The notes beneath the pieces were generated by a model that did not search any database, had not been told where the DNA came from, and saw nothing but the letters and a program-made list of their open reading frames with translations. A stretch of 64,000 bases of DNA from Klebsormidium nitens. Lineage: Eukaryota; Plantae; Klebsormidiophyceae. Where the stretch lies: positions 2,938 through 66,937 of the forward strand of contig DF237152.1 of NCBI GenBank assembly GCA_000708835.1. The letters are read 5' to 3'. Within the stretch, counting starts at the first letter, position 1; each line of letters begins with the position of its first letter. Made by a program: the position numbers and the translations under genes. Shown one piece after another: positions 42,066-53,000 of this stretch.

Positions 42066-43957
42066 ATGGATGGTGAAAAGCGGAAAGAAGTGAAATGGAA
42101 GGAGTGTTCTCGAACTTTGCAAGAAATCCGAGAGATGACTCCCGAAGATGAGCAAGCACCCTTTGACCTCACTAAACCAGAAAACTCTGCTTGGGTTCAA
42201 GAATTTCTGAAGGAAGCAACGTGTGGAGACCTGGAGAGAAGCCTGTGCGCGTTTTGGAGGTTTGTAAACATGTTTTCAAAGCTGTTGCATGAGCAGGGAG
42301 AGGCTAAGGCTGCCGAAACCGCCTCTTATCTTCTGTAAAGAGGGTTTGGTAAAGAGCTGCATGCGGGCTTGAAAGACGTAAGCGTGTCTGGAGAATGGCT
42401 TCTCCTTCCAAGATTTGACGGCATAGCCGATGACTTCTTTCTCAACAGAGTGGACATCTACGCGTCAGTACTTGGGGTCATGACGGTAGATGAGAGGACC
42501 GCCAGGTTCTTCCTGAAGGAAATGGATGTCCTGCTGACATTGCTGGAAGGCCTCTTCCAACAAGCGGCGCACCCATCGCTAGCAAAGCTGACGCAAGAAT
42601 CTGATCGAGATCCGGTAGCAGATGCACGCGGAGCAATCGTCAGAGCAGTTGATGCATTGACTCAGTGGTCAGAAAAAGCAACCAGGTTCATGATGAAAAG
42701 AAAGGAGTTTTACCTGGACATTGTTAGAGAGGTCGCGAAGATGGTTAGAAGCGGCAAACTCGTGGAAGGAGATAACCCTACGCCGATTACCGTGATAAAC
42801 AGCGGGCTGGTGCTGATTGCGCACCTCAACGGAAAGTACTCCGCGGCCGAGCATAGGAGCATGCTGGACGAAGTCTTTGATTTGATTGCGACTACCCTGA
42901 AGCAATCCGATTGTGCTCCCCTTCTCCAGAACTGTATTATTATTCTATGGAAGATGATGAAGCAGGGAGGGATCACAGAGCATCTCAAAAGCGGCGAAGG
43001 ACTTTCGGAAGTTTTTCTGGCAATAGCGGCCTCTACTGCCTACTCCAGTCTCGAAGTACGAGTCATCGCGGGCTTGCTTGCGTTGGAAACCAATCAGGTT
43101 GCCCTCCCCGTAGGAACCCGTCCCGACATGAACTCCTTAACAGAGGCTCAGCTTCTAAAGCTATTCGAGATGCTTGCAAACCAGAATTCTACAATCAAAC
43201 GCAGAGTGGAAAGGCTGGCCGCTGCGACAAGAAGTGAGATTGCCAAAAAGCCTCCCGTCTCAAAGAGGAAGTGTTCTAATCCAGCCTGCGAAAAGGTTGA
43301 GCCAGAAACCGAGAGGTTTAAGATGTGCCGCGGCTGCTTACTCGACATCTACTGCAGCGCAGGTGAGCGATTTTGCAGAGTCATTTCGTGAGCAGACACT
43401 GGCCGGTCCAGTGACTTTGCCATTCCTTCAATCAGACTATCTAGTGGTAAAAATAAGCATTGTCGTTGAGTTGCAGATGCATGATCTCAGATGAGGCTTT
43501 GCTTGACAGGTTCCCGTTGGCTTGTATGCATCGACGTGATTCGTGTCTCTAAGTTACAGTTGTATCTTGTTGCAGACTGTCAAAAAGCTGCTTGGAAAGC
43601 TGGTCACAAAGGAACGTGCCCAAGGAGGGACCGGCAGCCTGCAATGAAAGGTAAGCAGTTCTGAAAAACATTCTCTCAGGCCCTCAACGCTTAGTGCGCG
43701 GCTGAGATCCGAGGCTTGATACAAAGACTCTGTGGGAGAAACGTTGGAGAGGCGTTCCGTAGAACCAGTGAAGAGTGAATTACGGGGATGCGCTTGAACC
43801 GATACAAAGAGCGAAGTGGATCTTTCCAGCTCTATGCAGAGGTGACGTTCGATCTGAGCGGAATGGAAAGGTGACGTTCTTGCAGATCCTGAACGGCTGA
43901 CGAGAATGCTGATGGACGGTCAATCACTTTCAATACTTCTTCTTCTCTGCAGGTTAA
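42066..43957 (+). pseudogene. Helical domain + MYND paralog 3 with one in-frame nonsense codon
   Basis: Exons 42066-43362, 43576-43650, 43953-43957 have the same lengths as paralog 2 (1297/75/5 nt). TAA at 42336-42338 aligns to CAA (Gln) in paralog 2 (YLL*RGF vs YILQRGF). The rest of the frame is intact. Confidence 0.75.
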
Positions 43958-44709
43958 AGTCCCATTTGGCAAAGACTGCTGTAAAGCACGATCGCTCGAG
44001 TACTCTTCAGGTTTCTGGTTATTGCAAGAATCCAAACATGGTTCGAAAGCGCGCTCATGCAATGTCACGCTTTACTTGTGTTTCATCGATCGGCAGAGGC
44101 GCGGGCAGGATGTTCCGGTAGAACCGCGGATCTTGAAGGTGGTTCGCTTACATAGATTGAAATGCTTCTGACTTAAGTCTGCAGTCCTCTCCCGCAAGAA
44201 CGCCTGTTTACTTTCCAACTCATCTCAAAGAGCTAGATTTGCATGTCGTCCCGGGTTTATGCAAACGCGTGACCCTGTGCAGAATTCATCCGTGCAAGGT
44301 GTCGCGATTCTTGTTTTCATGTACGTTCGATTGACTTGACAATGCCAAATGATTTCATTCCAAGTAAAAAGCTGTTCTTTATAGTGCATCGGACCGGTCA
44401 GATGCATAATCGACTTAATCTATTGCATGCCAGCGCGACGATTGAGTCGATCTTGGCTGCACATGCGTCACGCATCAAGCATACCGTACAGCGCAAGCGC
44501 TGCTAGCCTATCTCTGCAGTCAATCTGCATGTACACGTAGTAAGCTTTTTGTCGTAACGAATTGCTGAACTTACTGAGCATCGAAGTTGCATGTTCAGGT
44601 CATGAACTAGATCATGGTGCCGGTCCGCTGCAGCAGATCGCGCAGGGTGCGCGCTCGAGCGCAGTTGACAGTGCACATGGCTAGCTGGATCGAAGTATAT
44701 CAATATAGT

Positions 44710-45259
44710 TGTAACCACCAAAAGAGACACGCCGTCTCTTATACGCTCAGTGCCAAAGGCACCAAGCTAAAAATTTTGGTGAAGGCACGAAGGCCGTTTC
44801 AAGAAAGAACTTATCTGAATCAACAATTAATGAATGGATTGTTGGCGTGGTCTGGCTTTTATAGATTTTTGAATCACTCTATAAAGTTCGAAAGCTAATC
44901 TAAGACTCAGAATGCTTCTATTGAATGCAGTCAGTTATTTATAAACTAATCCAAACAAACATTACAGACTCCTATGTTATCTGCAGCATCGATTATCTGA
45001 ACATGCAAAATCATTATGATTCTACGATTATTCTAAGTCTTCGTCTTCGATCTTCGTCTTCGATCTTCGTCTTGAACGGTTCGAAAGCTGGTCACGACAC
45101 TCTTCCACGTCCTTACATGCACGAGCTAAAGGTAACGACACCCTTCATAAGCTATCAAGTACCATATCGTATGTGGAAAATCCTAAAAAATCCCTAAGAA
45201 TCCTGCGAGAATCGCGGTCTTCGTGCATGGCTTGACCATGAATGAATTGGAACGCTACA
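44710..45259 (-). repeat. 3' LTR (550 bp), containing a 13 bp TCTTCGTCTTCGA tandem repeat
   Basis: Matches the right-hand copy on both sides of the N gap. Confidence 0.85.
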
Positions 45260-45612
45260 GCTGTAACCCTTTCCCCCTTAGACTATTGGTCCTCCAATAT
45301 TTACAAGCTAAAATGGCCTTTCACCCTCAGCTTTTATACAATTCGAACCCAACAGTGCATCTTGAAAAACCCCTTTATGGATTTCAGCTACCCTTCTGCT
45401 AAAGGTTCCTTTGTCACCCTCTCATTTGGCTTTCCTTACGCCAGCGTCTGACTGCTATGACTGAAGTACCCTGGATTATGCCCATGGTCAGCTTTGACCC
45501 CTCCTCCCCTTATTTTGGAGACGTCCTCGTCGACCTTCTCCTATAATGGCAGCGGAAGCCTTTGAATAACCTGGGAGGGTGGGTGGGAGCCCACCATATG
45601 TATCTACCGGCC

Positions 45613-46248
45613 TTACTGCATAGACAAACCCTTTAGTGCCTGCTCAAATGAAAACCCAGAGCTTTTGACATGCTCAATCTCTGACTGACTCTCTTTTTTT
45701 GGTGGCCCTTTGATTTCACTGTCCTGATGACTTTCAGACGAAATACCCAATTCTGGTGCAGTTGTGATTGATCTGCAACCATTCGTAGGATTTGGACAGT
45801 CTTTTGCTTCATGCCCTCTTTTCCGACATGCATAGCACAGTCTATATCCCCATCTAGGTCTTGGTTTCCTTTCATTACTGTAATTGACATGAACAGTATT
45901 ATCCATGGTCGTCTGGGAGAACTTCGATATGAGCTTCTCCTCAAACTCGTTAAATGACCACTTACGAGACTCATCTTCATTTGATTCGAGCCACCGATCT
46001 GCAGCTCCTTTCAATAGTACAAAGGCTATATGTTTACATGTGGCATCCCCCCATGAATTAACCACAGCTACTTTTTTGAACATGCGTAACCATGCCTTAG
46101 GGTCACCATAGCCAGAATATGGTACCAATGTTTCACCCAAAAGAATGTTGCTGGAATGCAGCATGCCATTCCCAATTTGTGCCATGATGAGAATTTGAGA
46201 TGAGAACAGACAGTCCACACTTTTTATTGGAATCTGTTTTCTACTCAC
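45613..46248 (-). CDS. Retrotransposon gag-like ORF with CCHC zinc knuckle
   Basis: PYSGYGDPKAWLRMFKKVAVVNSW...LLKGAADRW...FNEFEEKLISKF is capsid-like. CYACRKRGHEAKDC fits CX2CX4HX4C. Confidence 0.8.
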   Translation of the reverse strand: MSRKQIPIKSVDCLFSSQILIMAQIGNGMLHSSNILLGETLVPYSGYGDPKAWLRMFKKVAVVNSWGDATCKHIAFVLLKGAADRWLESNEDESRKWSFNEFEEKLISKFSQTTMDNTVHVNYSNERKPRPRWGYRLCYACRKRGHEAKDCPNPTNGCRSITTAPELGISSESHQDSEIKGPPKKESQSEIEHVKSSGFSFEQALKGLSMQ

Positions 46249-46289
46249 AGGCGTTCTCCTTTTTTTATTTTTCTGTTTTTATAGCTACT

Positions 46290-47629
46290 CTAGACCTTGT
46301 CTGGCGCTTTTTTTAACCCCGGTCTGCCGAACTTTCCCCCGATGTTGCTGGGCTCTGGTGCTTCTACTGGTACCCGGAACCTCACCCGCTTTGCTTCCGG
46401 TCCAGGCTCCTTGACCGTCTCCTTCCCTCGTACCTCTAGCCTATAGATACCAGGCTCTTTTACTTCCACTGGCTTATCTCCTCTTAGAACTTCTTCGCCG
46501 ACTTTGATGCCCGGCCCTTGCACCGCTTCCTCCGCACCGCTGTTCGATACTTCTTCTTCCCGTTCTCGTTTCCTTTCTTTTCTGAGCCCTTCTATTCCCT
46601 TGTGCCTCGTTCCCAGCAGTTTCTGGACGCCGGAGATGAAAAGCTCGTCTATACCCCCCTTCCTTTTCCGGAGCTCAAGCTCTGACCTCTCCCGAGTGCT
46701 GAGCCCTTTGCCTGCCCTTTCTTTTGAAAATTCCTCCCCCAGCCCTGCACTTTTTTCCGCTTGAACACCCTCGGCCGCGCGGGCTGCGTCCCTTTCCTGA
46801 CCGAACACCCGCACCTGCTCCTCGGCTCCTCTTAAATCTCTGGAAAGAGACTTCAAACGCTTATCTTGTCCTGCGATTGTTCCTTTTTGCCTTTCCTTAT
46901 CTGCCGCTAAAACCTTGCTTTTCTCCTTTTCTGCTTGTAGCGCGAGGCTTGGCCCCTTTTTCTGCTTCTCCTTCTCTTGAGCTGCTGCCGCCTCCTGAAG
47001 ATGCCCAATACGCTTGCTTTGGCTAGACACCTTTCTCTCGCTGGCCTCCAGTCGCTCCTTCAGGCCTTGATTTTGGTTTTGTAACGCTTCTATTTCACTG
47101 TCCCTGCTTGACCTGCTTCCCCCTGATGTATCTGACTCCGATCCTGATTCCGAGTCCGACTCTTTTCTGGATTCAGGTTCTGTCCCTGGCTTTGAGGTCT
47201 CCGGTTGCTTTACTGACGCTGCTCGCTATTCTATTTCAGTGTCTAGCTCTGGGTGCTCGGGGTCGTAACCCTCGACTTCACCCTCCTCGAGTTCCTGAGC
47301 TTGAGCCTCTTCAAGTTGCTTCTCTGACTCTTCTTGATCTTCTCCAAAGCCGCACCCTTCTAGGAACTCGGCTTCTTCTTCTGGGCTTTCGAAAAGTGGC
47401 CCCCCTCAAGTTCTAAAGGCTTTTTTATTTCGGCGAGCCCTTTTTCAAACCCCTCATCACCAGAATCATCTTCTTGGATTTCATCTCCGAACAGGTCCCC
47501 AAACAGCCCTGGCTCCTGTTCCTTGATGCTTTGTTTGACCCCAGATGCTTCTTTGGGATTTTCGGTGCCTGCTCCCTGGGTGGTGGGTTTATTGGCAGCT
47601 GAGGGAACCCCCTCCTGAGCTGCCGCCAC
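46290..47629 (-). pseudogene. Degenerate acidic/coiled-coil ORF upstream of gag in the LTR element
   Basis: Fragments 47629-47360, an acidic stretch in another frame with stops (~47380-47100), and DSEIEALQNQNQGLKERLEASERK leading into 47030-46290 (K/E-rich). These look like one frameshifted ORF. Confidence 0.45.
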
Positions 47630-48876
47630 CCCCTCTTCTTGCTGCGAGCTGACTTTCTCTGGCTCCGTGATTGCTACAAAACAAAACCCCCTTTTTAGTT
47701 TTGTGAAGTTTACACCGCCAAACTCTTGGCGCTCCCTAGCTACTCTTCCCCTTAATCTTTGAATTGGTCGCGCTCCAAGCTGTGCCCTTCTCCTAGGCCA
47801 GCTGATTTCCTGCTGTGCACGAAAATACTCCAGGTCAATCGATCAATCACCCTATCAGATTTTTCTAACGACAATGCCGGTGGTGTTTAGTGGGGTGCCG
47901 CCCCAGGAGCTTCCTCTCCTACCGTTCCTGGCACCATGCACCAATATCACCTCCTAGCTGGTCGCCCTGATTTTCCTATCTCGGCGCCGCCTTTCCTGAT
48001 CTCTATCACCTTCCTTGCTCTCTTCTGTCAGCTTCTCTTTCTCTTTCTTCTCTTCTGATCGAGCGGCCTGTCTTCCTGATCCAGTGCATCAGTGTGCACT
48101 GACTGCACTTAACCCTCGACTCAGCAAATTTGATCCGTCGACTCGCGACACGTGGGAAAATTTTAAAATTCGAACATTTTCGCGACACGTATGCTTTTCT
48201 GTCAGACTTCTGACACCGAATATCCGTGCGACTTGGTCGAGTGCGATTCCGGACCCCTGAATTCCGTATTATCTGACAAAAACGACCTCAAATTCCGGTT
48301 TCTCCAATTATTGAACCCCTCGATTATGGCTTCGGCCGTGCCGACTTCCGCGCACGCTAGTACACTTGTACCCTCGACTTCCGGTTGCTTTGAACCTCGT
48401 CTGGACTCTGCACACCACCTCCACTAATCACTGGACATCGCTCGTACTTTCTCGAAGGTCTCTTTTGCGTTTCTTTCAATGGGATATCAATCTCTGAACT
48501 TTTCAATAGTAAGCGGTACGCTCTTTTGGTAATTTTTCATCGAAAGCTTGCAGTGACCACTTCAGTGAACCCACTGAACATTATGCAGATCGTTTTTGGC
48601 CTTTCGGGACCTCTCGAGGACCCTTTGAAAGTACCTTTCCCTTGTTTTATCAGCTATGTACTCCCAAGGTAGATACTCAAGCATCGTTGGTGAGCTTGAG
48701 AACCTCTACAGCACTACAGAGATTGTACTGGAAAGCTTTGATATATACTAAAATTCCTTTATCATTGGTACGCTAGGTACCAAGCGAGACCCATGTTTCT
48801 TTGTACTTTATTGTACACCCAAGGTCAATAGAACCTTTTCTAGGCTAAGAAGCTAGAAAACTACCTCTTGATACCA

Positions 48877-49654
48877 ACCAAAAGAGACACGCCGTCTCTT
48901 ATACGCTCAGTGCCAAAGGCACCAAGCTNNNNNNNNNNNNNNNNNNNNNNNNNNNNNNNNNNNNNNNNNNNNNNNNNNNNNNNNNNNNNNNNNNNNNNNN
49001 NNNNNNNNNNNNNNNNNNNNNNNNNNNNNNNNNNNNNNNNNNNNNNNNNNNNNNNNNNNNNNNNNNNNNNNNNNNNNNNNNNNNNNNNNNNNNNNNNNNN
49101 NNNNNNNNNNNNNNNNNNNNNNNNNNNNNNNNNNNNNNNNNNNNNNNNNNNNNNNNNNNNNNNNNNNNNNNNNNNNNNNNNNNNNNNNNNNNNNNNNNNN
49201 NNNNNNNNNNNNNNNNNNNNNNNNNNNNNNNNNNNNNNNNNNNNNNNNNNNNNNNNNNNNNNNNNNNNNNNNNNNNNNNNNNNNNNNNNNNNNNNNNNNN
49301 NNNNNNNNNNNNNNNNNNNNNNNNNNNNNNNNNNNNNNNNNNNNNNNNNNNNNNNNNNNNNNNNNNNNNNNNNNNNNNNNNNNNNNNNNNNNNNNNNNNN
49401 NNNNNNNNNNNNNNNNNNNNNNNNNNNNNNNNNNNNNNNNNNNNNTCTTCGTCTTCGATCTTCGTCTTGAACGGTTCGAAAGCTGGTCACGACACTCTTC
49501 CACGTCCTTACATGCACGAGCTAAGGGTAACGACACCCTTCATAAGCTATCAAGTACCATATCGTATGTGGAAAATCCCTAAAAATCCCTAAGAATCCTG
49601 CGAGAATCGCGGTCTTCGTGCATGGCTTGACCATGAATGAATTGGAACGCTACA
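48877..49654 (-). repeat. 5' LTR, interrupted by the assembly gap
   Basis: Both sequenced flanks of the gap match the 44710-45259 LTR. Confidence 0.8.
48929..49445. other. Assembly gap (517 N)
   Basis: Run of N inside the second LTR. Confidence 1.
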
Positions 49655-50036
49655 AGTATATCAATAGGTGCCAAGCTGACTCAGTAATCGAGGTATACGG
49701 TAGCCAAACGCCTGCGGCAACTTTAATCAAGGCTCTCTGACACAGCATGTATGCCCAGAATGGGGCGCGGCCGCCTGCTCGCGCCGGCGTGCATAGCGGA
49801 TCAACATACGTGCTGAAATGAGGCAGTCGACCGCGGGCTTGCAGGTTCCCCACATGAGGAGGCTTTTTCCGTTCGCTCTGGCACCAGTACGACTGACGGT
49901 TCAATGAATAAGTAAGAGTCACTGCATCCGGATCGAAAGCGGCAAGGCACAAGTCTTGGTAAGTGTCCGCATACCCCTGGCGAGTCATGGATCTCTAAGC
50001 AACAAAATTGCGCACTGCTGCCTTGTTCGAGTGTGC

Positions 50037-53000
50037 CTACTCGTCTGTTACGCAGCCATACTTTGCTGAGGAAACGTTCTTGATGTACTGCAAAACAACG
50101 AAACAAGGCGTTCGGTGAGAAGGGTCAAGTTTATCACAATAAGCCCTCGCGATACAAACTTCAGCTGGTTGGTGATTTGTATGCAGGTTGAGTCAGTAAC
50201 TTCGCAGGCACCATCCAGCAATCGCCGTCGCTACAACTTACTTTCTGCGAAAATGATTGCTGGACAGATTACCCGTGACATGTTAGCCGTACCTCAATCT
50301 TGAAAAGCAAGCCATCGAAAGAGCTCCCTACAAGCCTTCCGGCAGAAAAGCGAGCAAGAAACTACATGTCACAGGACCGGAAAGAGGCAGAACAGGCAAA
50401 CCGATACCTTACAACTGATCAGAGATAGTCAATATATTACCAAAGCTTTGTGGAATAAGTGCCAAGCGTACCTTGTACAGCGTCCCCCGAGTCGCCTTCA
50501 GCGGCGGCTCCGTCCACTCTCTTCGTCTCCGCTCTAGTTCCTCGTCGGAAACCTCCATGTTGATAGCGTTTTTGCTTACGTCAATCGTGACGACGTCACC
50601 GTCACGGATCAGACCGATCGGGCCGCCCACCTGCACCGACAAAGAAATAAGAGTGGGGCGTTGCAGTCTATCCAAAATTTATCCGAAGTCCAAATGTTTG
50701 ACTCTGTCGGAAGCATCCGACACAAGGCGTCTGCGAGACGAAGGAAAAGCAGGATCAAAGAGATTCAACCAAAAACAACTTTGCTCAAATAAATGAGGTC
50801 TGCCGGAAAAAAGCAGAGCCTGTCGTGCAGACAGTTTCTTGCAAGCTTTGCCCAAGAGAGACGACGTCAGCATTTCAGAGAGGAGTAGAGAACTTCAAAG
50901 GCAGCAACGAAACTTGGTTTCAGTGCATTTCTATAGCGGCAAGAATAAAGGGTGCTGAGAACTAGATCGAGGGGCGCACCTGGGCTTCCGGAGTGATGTG
51001 ACCGATAACGAACCCGTGCGAGCCGCCAGAGAACCGTCCGTCGGTCAGGAGGGCCACGTCCTGAAAAACGAGCGGAAAATTGTTTTATTCACCAGTGTGT
51101 TCACATGGGTTTCAATTCGGCTTTTGCATTCTAGTTTGTGGCCTGATTACTCAAAACTGATTACTCGTAGCTTCGAATCCTCTTTAGTAGAGCAAGATCC
51201 TTGCCTAAAGGGTAGTCGAACGCACACACTCGTGTTGGCTCAAATGTATTGACCTACATCCAACTTCAGCCCCTTAGCTTGCTGTGGGGTGTGTCAAGCG
51301 AGACGCAACCGTTGAGCAGACTGCAGAGGACTCAAGATTGAAGAAGACTGCAGGAAAGCATTTGAGTGCCAGATGTGGGCAACACTCATGCAAATCGGAA
51401 GAATAGTGTTTAGTGTAGGGTTTCAAGTGTGGGTTAAGCCTAACCTGACCAAGCCCCGCGCCCATGATGGCGCTCGTGGGCGTCAGCATCTCAGGCATCC
51501 CTGCAACCAAACACCGGGGTGACGTCAGCGACGTAGTGCTGGAAGGGCGCAGCTGACGTCAGTTGAGCACTTGCGAACAGCGAGCAGTGTTGTGTCGCTT
51601 CTCCAAAAGCACTCTCGAAGAAACGAGAAACGAAATGGTGCGGGTCTATCTATGCGGACAGCACTGTTACAAGCAGGTCAACAGCACTTGCCGCACGAAC
51701 TTTCAGTCGCGCTCAGTGCAACTGGAATGTCCTTTCCATTTCCATTTTTGCATTCCCCGTAAAAGTTTAGAAGGAGGTCAGCATTGCTCTCCTTTTCTGA
51801 GTGCGGTTTCAGCGGAGGCTAGAATAAGGGTAGTCGCATTTTCTCGGTCTAGTCAAAGCGGTCGATCCAAACCCCCCATTCACATCTCCTTATCGCTTTC
51901 AGAACCCCTTACCATCAACAAGGGAGGCAAGAACAACCATAAATATAGAGCATGACAACCACTGCGCCTTCTCTCCGCTCAGCCAAGAAGCACCAGTTGT
52001 GCATTGATCGTAGGAAAAGTCCAAAAGAAGAGTCCTAAAATCGAGGAGCTGCATCGAAGCTCACCCGGGCCTCCTTTAGGGCCCTCCCCTCGGATCACAA
52101 TCACTGCTCCCTTCAAGAAGCAAAAACAAGATCAAGTCAGATTTGCGCGAGAAATACTTTTGTCAAGTGATCGCCCACTATTCAACACCGTCTTACCACC
52201 TTCCTTCGAGATTGATCACCATATGGTTGCAAAGCTTTTCTTCTCTTACACGAACTTCAAACGAGCGCAGCTTGACTTCGAACCCTCGCTATGGTGGTTA
52301 GAGACAACGGCTATGCGCTTTTGACTGCATGAATCAAGCATGCACAGACTTCTTGGAACCAATTCCCAGCACTTTCCGAAAGAGCAACGCCAACATTATC
52401 GAGCGAGCCATTTACAAGGGATGCGACCTAAGCGAACAACAAACACTCTCGCCCCTCGACTTCTAGAATTGTACACTACAGTCCGTGAGAGCGAACGGGT
52501 TGAAACTTCGAAAACGGACCTTAAGGCTTTGCGCGTTTTCTGAGAGCGCGTCCACCATGGCCTCTTCACCCTCAAACACGCGCGCCGGCCCTGGAAGCAA
52601 AGCGACAATTCAGGTCGCGTTCGCGGATTCGCTCCCCTTTGAGATGCATTCCAAGCTTGAAACCGAGCCGGTGCGAACCTTTCGTAACGCCTCCTCAGAG
52701 ACGATTTGCCTTTACTCACTGGATTCGTAGGAGCAACTTAAATTTGACAAACCACGACGGAAACCAATTTCTAGTACTGGATGTTGCTTATATTACGCAG
52801 AGTACAGAAGTAGGGAAATCAACAGGAGTTGCGACCAACAACCAATGGCCCATGAAGTGTGAATCGTTTCTTCGGTGCCTATTCTCACCTTGGAAGTAGA
52901 GCCCCTCCTTCCCGGTGATCTTCGCAACCGATCCCTCGGGCGCGAGGTTTCCGTACAGAATCTGAAGGTGGCCCGTCGACTTGATAGGATTGTCCAGCGG

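Larger units (their letters stand above)
44710..49654 (-). mobile_element. Non-autonomous Ty3/gypsy-type LTR retroelement (~4.9 kb), gag only
   Basis: Direct repeats: 44717-44768 = 48877-48928, and 45051-45259 nearly equals 49446-49654 (2-3 differences). Outer ends read TG...CA. PBS-like TGGTATCAAGAG at 48876-48865, PPT-like AAGGGGGAAAGGG at 45279-45267, gag with zinc knuckle. No RT, RNase H or integrase motifs recognised. Confidence 0.85.

Noticed and set aside
42336-42338. TAA read as Gln (ulvophyte-type TAR reassignment) because it aligns to CAA
   Set aside because: NRPB7 ends in TAA, and TUA, SYP32 and DHAD end in TAG at their conserved C-termini, so the standard code applies. A single C>T change is enough.
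48861-49536. ~200 aa ORFs in the ORF track
   Set aside because: Artefacts of translating the N gap.
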